Below are positions 38,028 to 48,234 of a stretch of DNA of 64,000 nucleotides, in pieces. Numbering within the stretch: the stretch's first letter is position 1; every line of letters begins with the position of its first letter. The stretch is from an uncultured Prevotella sp. (lineage in GTDB: Bacteria > Bacteroidota > Bacteroidia > Bacteroidales > Bacteroidaceae), in contig CAMVOS010000002.1 in the NCBI GenBank assembly GCA_947169185.1, positions 14,080-78,079 of the forward strand, written 5' to 3'. A program made the position numbers and the translations under genes. The notes beneath the pieces were generated by a model that did not search any database, had not been told where the DNA came from, and saw only the letters and a list, made by a program, of their open reading frames with translations.

Positions 38028-38990
38028 TTAGAGTTTTCGTATCAGACAATAGAAATATGCTGTCCAGAAGCCTTTTTGAAGGTAATGTGTAAGATGTGGC
38101 ACTCGCCGCACCTTCGATGTTTGTGACAGTCGCTCGGTTAAGAGCCTGTACTCGTTTAGTTCTTTTCTGATTTGAAGAAAAGAGACTTTCTTAAAAATAT
38201 GTAAGGCACGGTAATTTGTTGTGGCATAAATGAGCTGTTCTCTGATATTAGGATGCTTATAGTTGGAGAGATATTTCTCTAACAAGAGAGAGAAGGGCAG
38301 GAATTCCTCGGGCTTCATCCCTTTACTGGTAAGCCCGGCATTGTTCATGCAATAGTTGTATAAAGGTGTAGATATCACTTGCAATGTGTTAATATACTGA
38401 CAGTATGAAATAGTGAAAAGCTCGTCTTCACGGAAGCTGATATTCTCGGCAAATCTTAGGTTGTGCTGATGGATAATATCAGCTTTGAACATTTTGTCCC
38501 ATGTAAACCCAAATAGTTCATGCTTGTCCACATAGCGTAGTAGGAAGAGTTGTTCTTCTATTGATACTCTTCCTTCGCACTTACAAGGAATAGGAGTGAC
38601 GGATTCAATACTTCCCTCCTGGCGAATGAAATTCACACCGAAATATGTAATGTCAGCAGCATTCTCTTGCTGGGTGTACGATAGCAGCGTCTGCAAATAT
38701 GACGGCTCAACCCAGTCGTCTGCATCAACGAAACAAATATAGTCGCCTTGAGCATGGCTCAAACCTAGGTTGCGCGCCGTGCTGACACCACCATTCTCCT
38801 TGTACATATAGTGGATATTGCTGTTTTTACTAGCGTATTTCTCGCATATCTTGCTGCTTCCGTCTGTACTGCCATCGTCGATGAGTAGCAGCTCGTAATC
38901 TTTTTCGTCCTGACTGATGATGCTGTTTAGACATTTAGTCAGATATAGGGCTACATTATAGACGGGTATAATGATAGACAACTTAGGCAT
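38028..38990 (-). CDS. Glycosyltransferase family 2
   Basis: Motifs SIIIPVYN, DDGSTD, NGGVSTARN and FVDADD. Confidence 0.92.
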   Translation of the reverse strand: MPKLSIIIPVYNVALYLTKCLNSIISQDEKDYELLLIDDGSTDGSSKICEKYASKNSNIHYMYKENGGVSTARNLGLSHAQGDYICFVDADDWVEPSYLQTLLSYTQQENAADITYFGVNFIRQEGSIESVTPIPCKCEGRVSIEEQLFLLRYVDKHELFGFTWDKMFKADIIHQHNLRFAENISFREDELFTISYCQYINTLQVISTPLYNYCMNNAGLTSKGMKPEEFLPFSLLLEKYLSNYKHPNIREQLIYATTNYRALHIFKKVSFLQIRKELNEYRLLTERLSQTSKVRRVPHLTHYLQKGFWTAYFYCLIRKL

Positions 38991-39010
38991 TTTTTCTGTC
39001 GTTTTTGGTT

Positions 39011-40000
39011 TTACTTTTGTCCAGTCAGTCGGAAATACCTGTCAAGTACCACGAGCGAGATGAGTTTCTCGCGCTTTTTGTCCTGAAATTGACTGACCCA
39101 CTCATGTGCGTGCTGTATGATAGATTCTGCTTCTACTGGATGAGCAATATAATAGTTGAGTCTCTCCTCGAGATCTGAAAAGTCTTCGCGAACTTCAATA
39201 TAATGGTAGTTGGGAATGAGTTTACCTTCCATAAACCATGTTTCACGTTTCAGTCGGGGGGTAACGGCAATCGAGTTAGATGACATTACCCATTTTAGGT
39301 TGGAAGCTACGTCATTGCCTTCGAGCGACATGATGAACTTATAGTCAAGATGCTCACCGATGGTAAGCTTCTGTCCTTGCCACTCAGGATGTTCATCAGA
39401 ACGGTTGGTAGATGCAGCATTGACCATTGGATGCCCAAACCAGCGGTTCATGAATAGGTCGCGATTGGGCTTGTAAAATCCTAAATCACCACGAAAGATG
39501 GCTTTATTATGCTTGTCCCGCCATTTTTTTTGGTCGTTAACAAAAAGGAAATGGCGGTTCTTATCAAGTTTAAGCACAACAGAGTTGATGTTGTTTTCTA
39601 CCAACGGGCGACTTTTAACAATGGATGGTACAACAGGTACATGAATGGTGTCGCCTGGAAGGAGTACCCAATAAGAGTCACCGCTAAAATACCTTGCTAT
39701 TTCCATAGAATCATGATAGTAAGAAGACTGGCCTGTCATAGGCTGATTTTTCACCTTAACAGCCTTAGACTGCCATAATTTATGGTCTATAGGACTTTCT
39801 GTCGTCAGCTTGCAATAATAGTTGACACGTTGGCGGATATAGTCTTTATCAGGACGTGTCTCTGCTAGTTCAAGTAGATGCTTCAACTGCAATCGGGAAA
39901 ATAACTTAGGCGTATATTCTCGCAGGTAACTGTTGAAGTAATATTTGATGTTGCTGTTTTTCCCGCTGTGAAGTAGATAATAAATACTTCTTTTCTCCAT
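39011..40000 (-). CDS. GT90/LpsA-like lipopolysaccharide biosynthesis protein
   Basis: Motifs AIFRG, YKFIMSLEGNDVASNLKW and ETWFMEG...PNYHY. Confidence 0.82.
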   Translation of the reverse strand: MEKRSIYYLLHSGKNSNIKYYFNSYLREYTPKLFSRLQLKHLLELAETRPDKDYIRQRVNYYCKLTTESPIDHKLWQSKAVKVKNQPMTGQSSYYHDSMEIARYFSGDSYWVLLPGDTIHVPVVPSIVKSRPLVENNINSVVLKLDKNRHFLFVNDQKKWRDKHNKAIFRGDLGFYKPNRDLFMNRWFGHPMVNAASTNRSDEHPEWQGQKLTIGEHLDYKFIMSLEGNDVASNLKWVMSSNSIAVTPRLKRETWFMEGKLIPNYHYIEVREDFSDLEERLNYYIAHPVEAESIIQHAHEWVSQFQDKKREKLISLVVLDRYFRLTGQK

Positions 40001-40020
40001 GACATTCGCTATTTTGTGTG

Positions 40021-40078
40021 CAAAGATACAAATAAAGTAAGAAAAATCAAAGATTTACAAATATTTTTTGTACCTTTG
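40021..40078. promoter_or_regulatory. Divergent promoters between the GT90 and GT25 genes
   Basis: TATCTTTG at 40028-40021 (-) and TACCTTTG at 40071-40078 (+). Confidence 0.65.
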
Positions 40079-40083
40079 CGCCT

Positions 40084-40797
40084 ATGAAGACATTCGTAAT
40101 ACATCCACCCCGCTTAAAGGAACGCGGAGAGTACATAGATAGTATGCTGCGCCGTATCGGCTTGGAATATGAGTATGTGAATGAAGGCGACGATGAGGTA
40201 CAGATAAAAAAATATCTGGAAGCGTATCTCCGGAATGGACAAGAGGAGATGTTACGTAAGGTACCTCGTTCGCTTTGCACCATATCTCATTTTCTTGCTT
40301 ATGAGCGCATAGTTTCTGCTAATCTTGACGGTGCTCTAGTGCTAGAGGATGACATCATCTTAGACAAGAATTTCAGGAACCTTTTCAATCAGAGTATGGA
40401 CGAGTATCTCAATAATTATCAGAATCAGAAAATCATCATCTCATACGAAGATAGTCCACTTTGGTTTGTGCCACGTAGTCAGCGCGAAAAGGGCCGTATG
40501 CTGTATCCTGGTTCTAGGGACCGCCTATCTGGAGCTTATTTTGTCAATAGGAATGCCGCAAAGGCTATTCTAGATAGATTGCAGGCAAAAAAATGTGACC
40601 GCGCCATCGATCTGTTTCATTACCAATTGATAAAGGAGAAGGTCATCGACTATTTTTGGTGTCACCCAACAATAGCCACACAAGGAACGGCCACAGGAGC
40701 TTTCGCTACATCTCTTTCGGCGAATAGAAAACGCATGAGAAAACTCAGTTGGCTTTTTCAGAAAAACTACAAACTGCTGCTTTATTGGTTTCGATAA
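40084..40797 (+). CDS. Glycosyltransferase family 25 (LOS biosynthesis)
   Basis: Motifs FVIH...ER, CTISH, ALVLEDD and GAYFVNRNAA. Confidence 0.85.
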   Translation: MKTFVIHPPRLKERGEYIDSMLRRIGLEYEYVNEGDDEVQIKKYLEAYLRNGQEEMLRKVPRSLCTISHFLAYERIVSANLDGALVLEDDIILDKNFRNLFNQSMDEYLNNYQNQKIIISYEDSPLWFVPRSQREKGRMLYPGSRDRLSGAYFVNRNAAKAILDRLQAKKCDRAIDLFHYQLIKEKVIDYFWCHPTIATQGTATGAFATSLSANRKRMRKLSWLFQKNYKLLLYWFR

Positions 40798-40832
40798 GTA
40801 TAATTATTCTACGCATTATTAACTTCATCAAG

Positions 40833-41597
40833 ATGATTCCAAAGATAATTCACTATTGTTGGCTCAGTGACAATCCATTCCCGAAAAAAACACGGGAATA
40901 TATGGATACGTGGCAAAAGACTCATCCGGAATATGAGATAAAACGATGGAGCACGAAGAATTTTGATGTGAATAGCGTGCCCTATGTTAAGGAAGCTTAT
41001 GAGGCTCGTAAATGGGCCTTTGCTGCAGACTATATCAGGATGTATGCTCTTTATATTGATGGCGGTATTTACTTGGATACAGATGTTTTATTACTGAAGA
41101 AAATGGACGATTTCCTTCATCATTCCTTCTTTTCGAGTATGGAATACCATCCCACGCAAATTGAAAAATGTAGTACCATGGAACATCTCGATGTTGATGG
41201 GCATCGTACTGACGATTCCTTTATCGAAGGCATACAAATCCAAGCTGCAGTCATGGGTGCAGAGGCAGGAAATCCTTATGTTAAAAAGGTACTTGATTGG
41301 TATCAGGACAAGCATTTTGTAAAAGAGGATGGTACGTTGCGTACCGATCTCTTGTCTCCCTATATTTATGCTCGTGTGGCAGAAGAATTTGGCTTTGTAT
41401 ATAGGGATATTGATCAGCAATTAAATGGGGGTGTTCATATCTATCCTTCGGAAATATTTGCAGGTAATAAGCATGAAGCAACTCCTCGCAGTTATGCTAT
41501 ACATATGTGCGCCCATAGTTGGCATCTATCCCCTTGGGAAAAGATACGCCGATTCTTGGGTCTAAGCAAGAAATTCCAACAAACCAATGGGATATAA
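40833..41597 (+). CDS. Glycosyltransferase family 32 (DXD sugar-binding)
   Basis: Motifs MIPKIIHYCW and WAFAADYIRMYALYIDGGIYLDTD. Confidence 0.9.
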   Translation: MIPKIIHYCWLSDNPFPKKTREYMDTWQKTHPEYEIKRWSTKNFDVNSVPYVKEAYEARKWAFAADYIRMYALYIDGGIYLDTDVLLLKKMDDFLHHSFFSSMEYHPTQIEKCSTMEHLDVDGHRTDDSFIEGIQIQAAVMGAEAGNPYVKKVLDWYQDKHFVKEDGTLRTDLLSPYIYARVAEEFGFVYRDIDQQLNGGVHIYPSEIFAGNKHEATPRSYAIHMCAHSWHLSPWEKIRRFLGLSKKFQQTNGI

Positions 41598-42540
41598 CAA
41601 AGAACGATATAGGACGCTGAAGAATATTGCTTACTACATCCTTTTTGGTGTGTGGTATGTCGCATCTTTGTTACCGATGTGGTTCTTGCATGTATTGTCC
41701 TTCTTTATCTCTGTCCTCCTGTTTTATGTCGTCCGTTATCGACGAAAAGTAGTCCACGACAATATTAAGAGTTCTTTTCCCCATTTGTCGCCCCGTAAGC
41801 GTTGGATGATAGAACGTCGTTTCTATACACACTTTTGTGACTTGCTGTTCGAGAGTGTGAAATATTTTTCTATTTCAAAATGGAACATGAAACGGCGTAT
41901 GCGCTTTAAAGGTGTGGATTTGTTGGAAGAGTCGTTTCGCAACGGTCGGTCGTGTGGCGTTTTCCTTGGACATTATGGTAACTGGGAATGGATTAGTAGC
42001 ATGCCATTATGGATAGATCCTAATCTCTGCCTATGTACTCAGTTGTATCATCAGCTGGAAAACTATGTTACTGACCAATTGATTCTTTATACCCGCCGGC
42101 GCTTTGGTGGTGTTAATATAGAGGTCAATCAGTCTATAAAAGACATTATGAGATATCGTAATGAGGGACGTCCTGTTCTTGTGGGCTTCATAGCCGACCA
42201 AGCGCCTTACTGGGACAATATATATTACTGGAATGACTTCCTGCATCACGAAACCCCGTGGTTTACAGGAGCTGAACGTATCATGCAGAAACTGGACATG
42301 GATGTGTACTATCTTGACGTTCGTAGAATCAGGCGCGGTTATTATGTGGCAGAATACAAACGCATAACCACAGATCCGAAAAGCAAGGAACAATTCTGGT
42401 TGACAGAACAGTATACAAAAATGTTGGAACATACGATTATGCGTGCACCTTCTTATTGGTTGTGGAGCCACCGCCGCTGGAAACGTACGAAAGAGGAGTG
42501 GCTGCAGCGAACTCATGGAGGTATCAAACCCAAGAAATGA
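41587..42540 (+). CDS. lpxL: Lipid A late acyltransferase (LpxL/HtrB family)
   Basis: Motifs GHYGNWE, FIADQ and WLWSHRRWK. Confidence 0.88.
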   Translation: MGYNKERYRTLKNIAYYILFGVWYVASLLPMWFLHVLSFFISVLLFYVVRYRRKVVHDNIKSSFPHLSPRKRWMIERRFYTHFCDLLFESVKYFSISKWNMKRRMRFKGVDLLEESFRNGRSCGVFLGHYGNWEWISSMPLWIDPNLCLCTQLYHQLENYVTDQLILYTRRRFGGVNIEVNQSIKDIMRYRNEGRPVLVGFIADQAPYWDNIYYWNDFLHHETPWFTGAERIMQKLDMDVYYLDVRRIRRGYYVAEYKRITTDPKSKEQFWLTEQYTKMLEHTIMRAPSYWLWSHRRWKRTKEEWLQRTHGGIKPKK

Positions 42541-44342
42541 TGAGACGGATAGGTACCTTTATAAAAGTTTTTCTGCTATGGACTCTGGTGGGAATGGTCA
42601 GTAAGGTGGTGTTCCTATTGGTCTACCACTCTCTACTGGAAGGTGCCGGCTTGGGTAGTCAGCTGTTGGTAGTCTGGTATGGATTGAGGCTTGATGTGGC
42701 TATGGCAGGTTATTTGACACTAATACCGGGCTTGCTGCTTATTGCGTCCGTTTGGACAAACTGGCGCCTGTTTCGATGGCTATGGAACGGCTACTTTGCC
42801 GTGGCCAGTCCGTTGGCAGTTTTAGCTTATATTGCAAATCTTGGACTATATGGCTATTGGGGTTTCCCTTTAGACAATACCCCGTTATTGTATTTAAAGA
42901 CGTCGCCAACCGATGCGATGGCGAGCCTTACTTGGTGGCAGCTGACAATACTCCCGTTGACCATTGTCTTTTTGTCATTGGCATTATTCCAAATAGGTAC
43001 ACGTCTTTATCCAAAGAAAGTGTATCAAACAAAAGGTAGGATTGTTGAATATGTTTTGTTGCCCTTACTCACAGTTTCCTTGTTATTACCTATCCGTGGC
43101 GGTGTGAGCACGGGTACTAATCATACTGGCAGTGTGTATTTCTCGGATAATATCCGACTGAATCATGCAGCTGTGAATCCGATTTTTAGCTTTATGGAGG
43201 CTGTGCTGCACCAGGAGGAGATAGGCACGAGATATCGTTTTATGGCTGATGATGAGGCTACGGCATTGTTTGGCCCATTGACCTATACCTCGTTGCGTAC
43301 GGACACCGCCAATTTCCAACGTCCTAATATCATCCTGATTGTTTTGGAGAGTTTCTCGGATTCTGTCATGCGCGTACAAGGGGTAACCCCCAATCTATTG
43401 AGACTGACTACAGAGGGGCTCTACTTCCCTCGTTTCTATGCCAATAGTTTTCGTACAGATAGAGCATTGGTGTCGATACATAGCGGTCTGCCTGCCCAGC
43501 CGACGATGAGCGTGATGGATATGCCCCGAAAAAGTACGTCGCTGCCAGCTATTGCCGGTCAACTGGCCAGGAATGGATATCAAACGACATTCTACTATGG
43601 AGGCGATATCAACTATAGTAATATGCGTTCGTACTTTGTTGGAACAGGATTCCAAACTGTCGTGTCAGACAGCGATTTCCCTGCTCGACAGCATACGGGG
43701 AAATGGGGCGTTGCAGATGGTCCTGTATTTGAACGAATGCTGGCTGACCTGAAGACAAAAAGTTCAAAGCCTTTCTTCTGCAGTATTATGACGGCTAGCA
43801 GCCATGAGCCTTTTGACGTACCCGATTATCATGTCATTAAGGAAAATGAGGCACTTAATGCTTTCTCGTATTCTGACTATTGCTTGGGGCAGTTCATCAA
43901 GCAGCTGAAGACATTGCCTTCCTGGGAAAATACCCTTGTCGCTATTGTGCCAGATCATCTTGGCGCATGGCCGGAGAATGCGGATAACTATCAACTGTGG
44001 CGCTACCATATACCATTTGTTATTGTAGGCGGAGCGATAAAGGCTGGTACACAGTGCCATGTGGTAGGTTCACAGATAGACATTGCAGCTACACTTTTGG
44101 GGTTGGCTGGTATTGATCATTCTGGGTTTACCTATTCTAAAGATCTGTTGGATGCCAATGCTCCACACTTTGCATTCTTTTCTTTCCCCGATGCTATGGG
44201 TATGGTGACAGATAGCAGTAGTATTGTCTTCAATAATATAACTGGCAAGGTACAAAGTGCGGTGGGCAATGACACAGAACGTTTGCTTACAAAGGCTAAG
44301 GCTTATCTGCAGAAATTATATGATGATTTAGAAAAAAAATAA
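42537..44342 (+). CDS. LTA synthase family membrane sulfatase-fold phosphotransferase
   Basis: TM N-terminus; motifs IILIVLESF, NSFRTDRA, SSHEPF and PDH. Start at ATG 42537 overlaps the lpxL stop (ATGA). Confidence 0.88.
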   Translation: MMRRIGTFIKVFLLWTLVGMVSKVVFLLVYHSLLEGAGLGSQLLVVWYGLRLDVAMAGYLTLIPGLLLIASVWTNWRLFRWLWNGYFAVASPLAVLAYIANLGLYGYWGFPLDNTPLLYLKTSPTDAMASLTWWQLTILPLTIVFLSLALFQIGTRLYPKKVYQTKGRIVEYVLLPLLTVSLLLPIRGGVSTGTNHTGSVYFSDNIRLNHAAVNPIFSFMEAVLHQEEIGTRYRFMADDEATALFGPLTYTSLRTDTANFQRPNIILIVLESFSDSVMRVQGVTPNLLRLTTEGLYFPRFYANSFRTDRALVSIHSGLPAQPTMSVMDMPRKSTSLPAIAGQLARNGYQTTFYYGGDINYSNMRSYFVGTGFQTVVSDSDFPARQHTGKWGVADGPVFERMLADLKTKSSKPFFCSIMTASSHEPFDVPDYHVIKENEALNAFSYSDYCLGQFIKQLKTLPSWENTLVAIVPDHLGAWPENADNYQLWRYHIPFVIVGGAIKAGTQCHVVGSQIDIAATLLGLAGIDHSGFTYSKDLLDANAPHFAFFSFPDAMGMVTDSSSIVFNNITGKVQSAVGNDTERLLTKAKAYLQKLYDDLEKK

Positions 44343-44354
44343 CTCCATTAGAAG

Positions 44355-45218
44355 ATGAATATTGTATATTTTGTTTTAAGTAATTCTAGTGTCGTAGGAC
44401 GTAGAATAGACTCTAGTCAATCATCAATTGTTCACATGCAAGTAGGGTTCTCAATACGTACTATGTTGGCTCAAATCGGCGCTGAAGATACTATCTATGT
44501 AGCGACTGATACACCGACTCTTTATTGCGGTATGCCACAGGTTGTGGTCATTCCTATTAATGATGCCGATATCCAACAATGGCGTGGCCCTCATGACTTC
44601 TTTTGGCGTGTGAAGATAGTTGTGATACAGAAGATAGCACAACTTTCTCCGGACAAGGATATCATGTATTTAGATGGAGATACTTACCTATATGGTCGGT
44701 TGGATGAAATCAAACAGTTGCTAGCTCAGGGAGTTGGCATGATGCATAAAGATGAGGGGGCAAATTCGGATAGGAAGGATAATGCTTTCAAGATGTGGCA
44801 TGCGGTTAAGGGGCACCAGTATGGTGAGGTGACAATTGACGAGCAACATATGTATAATGCAGGGGTCGTGGCTATACCGGCTACGATGACTGTTAGGGTT
44901 GCTGATATGGCACTGGAGATTTGTGATGGTATGTTGGACGACCATGCAGAGCCAGTTTTAGTAGAACAGTATGCTTTGTCTGTGGCTTTAAATCAATGTT
45001 CTTCCAGAATGGTAGAGGCCCGTAAGTGGATAGGTCATTACTGGCACTATAAATATTACTGGAGTCTTTATATAAGCAAATTTTTTGCACGCTCTTACAG
45101 AATGGGAAATACGGTGGAGGACAATATTAAGGCTATTAGGAGAATTAACTTAAAGCGTGTGCATCATGGAATCCTTATCAAACGCACATTGGCGAAATTT
45201 ACAGGAAGAATCTATTAA
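44355..45218 (+). CDS. Hypothetical protein, probable nucleotide-diphospho-sugar transferase fold
   Basis: YLDGDT (DxD motif), YNAGV and EQYALS; glycan locus context. Confidence 0.6.
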   Translation: MNIVYFVLSNSSVVGRRIDSSQSSIVHMQVGFSIRTMLAQIGAEDTIYVATDTPTLYCGMPQVVVIPINDADIQQWRGPHDFFWRVKIVVIQKIAQLSPDKDIMYLDGDTYLYGRLDEIKQLLAQGVGMMHKDEGANSDRKDNAFKMWHAVKGHQYGEVTIDEQHMYNAGVVAIPATMTVRVADMALEICDGMLDDHAEPVLVEQYALSVALNQCSSRMVEARKWIGHYWHYKYYWSLYISKFFARSYRMGNTVEDNIKAIRRINLKRVHHGILIKRTLAKFTGRIY

Positions 45219-45229
45219 AATGGTGGCAT

Positions 45230-46105
45230 ATGAAAATAACAGCAGCAATAGTGACCTATAATCGGTTTGCGTTACTGAAAGAGTGTGTGGAAGCTGTTAA
45301 AGCTCAGTCCTATCCACTTTCTTCAGTGGTGGTTATTGATAATGCATCGACTGATGGAACACGGGAGTATCTGGATCTGTTGGAGGATGAACGCTTTTAT
45401 GTACAGCATTGTAAACAGAATATGGGTGGTGCCTGGGGGTTTGCCGAAGGTATAGCCTTGGCTACACGACAGGGTGCTGATGCCGTATGGATTATGGACG
45501 ATGACACGGTTCCAAAGCATGATGCCTTAGAGAAACTGGTTGAGGTGCTAGAGTCGCGGAAGCAGGTAGGTTTTGTTAATAGTAAGGTTGTATGGGTGGA
45601 CGGTTCTATACACCAGATGAATATTCCGGGCTATGTAGCTCCTGACACTTTTGATGGCGAACATCCAGTCTTGCGCTCTGCGTCGTTTGTGTCGTTGCTG
45701 GTTCCCTGTAAGGTCATTCGTGAAGTCGGATTACCTTATAGAGACTTTTTTATCTGGGTTGACGATGCAGAGTTTACGTCGCGTATCTTTAAAGCTGGAT
45801 ACAATGGTCTGTTGGTAAACAACAGCATCGTTGTTCACAAGACAGCAGCAAACTATGGTGCTAACTTAAAATACGCGACACCCGAGTCGGCGTGGAAGTT
45901 CTATTACTATATGCGCAATGGTATGTTTGCCTCGCGTGGCGAACGGCCGTGGATTGTATGGTTCTTCCGGCACTTGAACCATTTGCGGCTGGATATCCGA
46001 CGCACCAAGCTGTTGCCGAAGGAGGTTCGTAAAGATTTTAAGTATAACCTCTGGCGTGGCTTTGTTGATGGGTTGACATTCCATCCTCAACTTGAGCGGG
46101 TTTGA
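45230..46105 (+). CDS. Glycosyltransferase family 2 (galactofuranosyl/rhamnosyl-transferase-like)
   Basis: Motifs IVTYNR, DNASTDGT, NMGGAWGF, WIMDDD and FFIWVDDAEF. Confidence 0.9.
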   Translation: MKITAAIVTYNRFALLKECVEAVKAQSYPLSSVVVIDNASTDGTREYLDLLEDERFYVQHCKQNMGGAWGFAEGIALATRQGADAVWIMDDDTVPKHDALEKLVEVLESRKQVGFVNSKVVWVDGSIHQMNIPGYVAPDTFDGEHPVLRSASFVSLLVPCKVIREVGLPYRDFFIWVDDAEFTSRIFKAGYNGLLVNNSIVVHKTAANYGANLKYATPESAWKFYYYMRNGMFASRGERPWIVWFFRHLNHLRLDIRRTKLLPKEVRKDFKYNLWRGFVDGLTFHPQLERV

Positions 46106-46107
46106 CT

Positions 46108-46350
46108 TTACTGTTTGGTGAAGATGATCTTCCATGTAGGAAGGGTTTGGAATGTGAAGTAGTTGGTTGCATAGAAATTGCCGATAAAACTTATTAGATA
46201 GCCAGCAGTATAGGCGATGTTGACATCAATCAACCGTTGCAAGAAAAAATAGATTCCATAGTGTACTGCCGCGGCGCAAATGCCTATAATGCAAAAACGC
46301 AGGAACTGCCGAGAGCCTACTTTCTCTTTGAGTTTGTTGATGATATCCAT
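46108..46350 (-). CDS. GtrA family flippase, short (80 aa) and possibly truncated
   Basis: QFLRFCIIG...NIAYTAGYLISFIGNF...YFTF matches the first half of GtrA; only about two TM helices are present. Confidence 0.7.
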   Translation of the reverse strand: MDIINKLKEKVGSRQFLRFCIIGICAAAVHYGIYFFLQRLIDVNIAYTAGYLISFIGNFYATNYFTFQTLPTWKIIFTKQ

Positions 46351-46353
46351 ATT

Positions 46354-48234
46354 TTAAAGTGCTAAACGGAATCCCACAAGATCACGACGGCGGCGTTGGT
46401 CGTACATATAGCGGTTGCTGACACGACAGTAGTCTGGACTACTGTTATATCCACCTCCACGAATAACATAGAAACTGCTTGAAGGTTTGTCTTTAGGTGA
46501 CCTTCGGTATCGGTCTGCACACCATTCCCATACATTTCCTGTCATATCATAGAGTCCTAGCTCGTTGGGCTTGAGTTGTTTAACAGGTTGATGGGTTCTC
46601 TCCTTCATATTGGACAAAGAATAGGCAACCTCATCAATGTCGTTGCTGCCGGCATATAGATAGCCTTTTGACTGTTGTCCTCCTCTTGCAGCATATTCCC
46701 ATTCGGCCTCTGTGGGCAGACGGAACTTCTCGCCAGTTAGCTGGTTGAGTTTGGTAATAAAGTCCACGCACATATCATAAAACACAAATTCCACAGGGTG
46801 CTTGGCACCTTTGATTTTTGAGCGGTTTTTCCCCATCACAGCTTCCCAAAGTTCCTGTGTTACCTCAGTCTCGCCCAGGTAATAGTCATGCAGCTGGACC
46901 TGATATCGTGTTTCGTCTGCATTGGCCATTTTATCGGTTGGAGATGCTCCCATGGTAAATGTTCCACCGTTTACCCGCTTCATGACAAAGGAAACGCCTT
47001 TTACCTTGAAAGTCTTGTCTTGTCCCCATAGATTGCTGGTGCCTAATAATAGTAACACTATGATGGCTACATTGCGTAGTGGTTTCGGGTGACTTTCCCT
47101 TGGTCTGACGGCCCACCATATCGTTCGAATCCAGGCAAGAGCCATACAGTAGACATCTAACCATAGGTTGTCGTGGATGAAGTGATATAGCCATGTCGGG
47201 CAAAGCACGTCAGCAGGTAGTATGCCGAAGTTGATAAAGAGGAGCCAGAATAATATCCAGTCAAAGCGCGTGTGCTGAGTTTGTAACCAGAATGCCATTA
47301 GATAGCCAGTTAATGCGATAAGATAAGTATGGGTTTCAGGGCTGTCGCTAAATAGGATGACATACCCCATGAGGGTAGCTAACACCTGTACTCTAAAGGT
47401 GAAGTCCTGCCAACGCTTGTGGCGCAAGAAAAATAAAAATCCAAGTACAGCCAGCACTCCTATTTGTATGATGCGATAGTTGGGGAGTAGAAACGGTTTG
47501 AGACCTCGAGCAAAAAGCAGACCAGGATAGTCGCCTATCGTCTGGTGATTGGCTATCATCTCCTTCGTATCAATATAAAGGGATAGGGCATTGTCAAAGT
47601 TAGAATTTAAGAGAGGTAGAGAAAGAAGTGCGATGCCACAGAGAAGGGCATAGCCCAAGTTCCTCCAAGCCTTAGGGTAGCACAAAAGGAGTCCCACTTC
47701 TACTAAACCGTATATTTTTGTCGTTGCTGAAACCATAATTAGGAGGACTGCCCAAAACGGTTTGTTTCGCTCCATCAAGGAGAAGGCAAATAAGAAAATA
47801 TAACAAACCACCAGATTATATTGGTAGCAGAATACTCCTTGCAATAAAACAGGTAAAAGAAAAAGGAAAATCTTCAAACGGTAGGGGGCAAGTTGCTTAG
47901 GTAGTGTCCAAATAGCAAGAGTGAATAGACAATAGTTTGTTATATTCCAAACGAAAGGTCCAAGCCACCAGGGAAGGTAAAAGATAGGTGCATAGAGGAC
48001 GCAGAAGACAGGAAGGTATAAGAAATGTATACAATGAGCCTGCACAAACTCGAGCGTATAAGGACTGATGCCGTCCCAAAACATACGGGTGGCATCTTGA
48101 TAGTCGAAGTAGTTAGTGTTACGTCCACGGACTACTTCTATGGTTGTGGCAAGAATAGCAATAGCCAATCCTAAAAGAAAGACACAAGTGGGATTGCTGA
48201 AAAACCGTTGGATGGCAAGGGTGATTTTTTTCAT
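46354..48234 (-). CDS. GT87/DUF2029 glycosyltransferase fused to an FGE-sulfatase (SUMF1/EgtB) domain
   Basis: N-terminal YLPVF...KIYG...SPETHTY; C-terminal FTMGAS, ETEVTQ, RLPTEAEWEYAARGG, NELGLYDMTGNVWEWC and GFRLA. Start at MKKITL (48234) overlaps the upstream stop. Confidence 0.85.
   Translation of the reverse strand: MKKITLAIQRFFSNPTCVFLLGLAIAILATTIEVVRGRNTNYFDYQDATRMFWDGISPYTLEFVQAHCIHFLYLPVFCVLYAPIFYLPWWLGPFVWNITNYCLFTLAIWTLPKQLAPYRLKIFLFLLPVLLQGVFCYQYNLVVCYIFLFAFSLMERNKPFWAVLLIMVSATTKIYGLVEVGLLLCYPKAWRNLGYALLCGIALLSLPLLNSNFDNALSLYIDTKEMIANHQTIGDYPGLLFARGLKPFLLPNYRIIQIGVLAVLGFLFFLRHKRWQDFTFRVQVLATLMGYVILFSDSPETHTYLIALTGYLMAFWLQTQHTRFDWILFWLLFINFGILPADVLCPTWLYHFIHDNLWLDVYCMALAWIRTIWWAVRPRESHPKPLRNVAIIVLLLLGTSNLWGQDKTFKVKGVSFVMKRVNGGTFTMGASPTDKMANADETRYQVQLHDYYLGETEVTQELWEAVMGKNRSKIKGAKHPVEFVFYDMCVDFITKLNQLTGEKFRLPTEAEWEYAARGGQQSKGYLYAGSNDIDEVAYSLSNMKERTHQPVKQLKPNELGLYDMTGNVWEWCADRYRRSPKDKPSSSFYVIRGGGYNSSPDYCRVSNRYMYDQRRRRDLVGFRLAL

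Noticed and set aside
46354-47030. FGE-sulfatase (CLec-fold) domain as a diversity-generating retroelement target
   Set aside because: No reverse transcriptase gene and no template-repeat copy of its 3' end were seen in this window.
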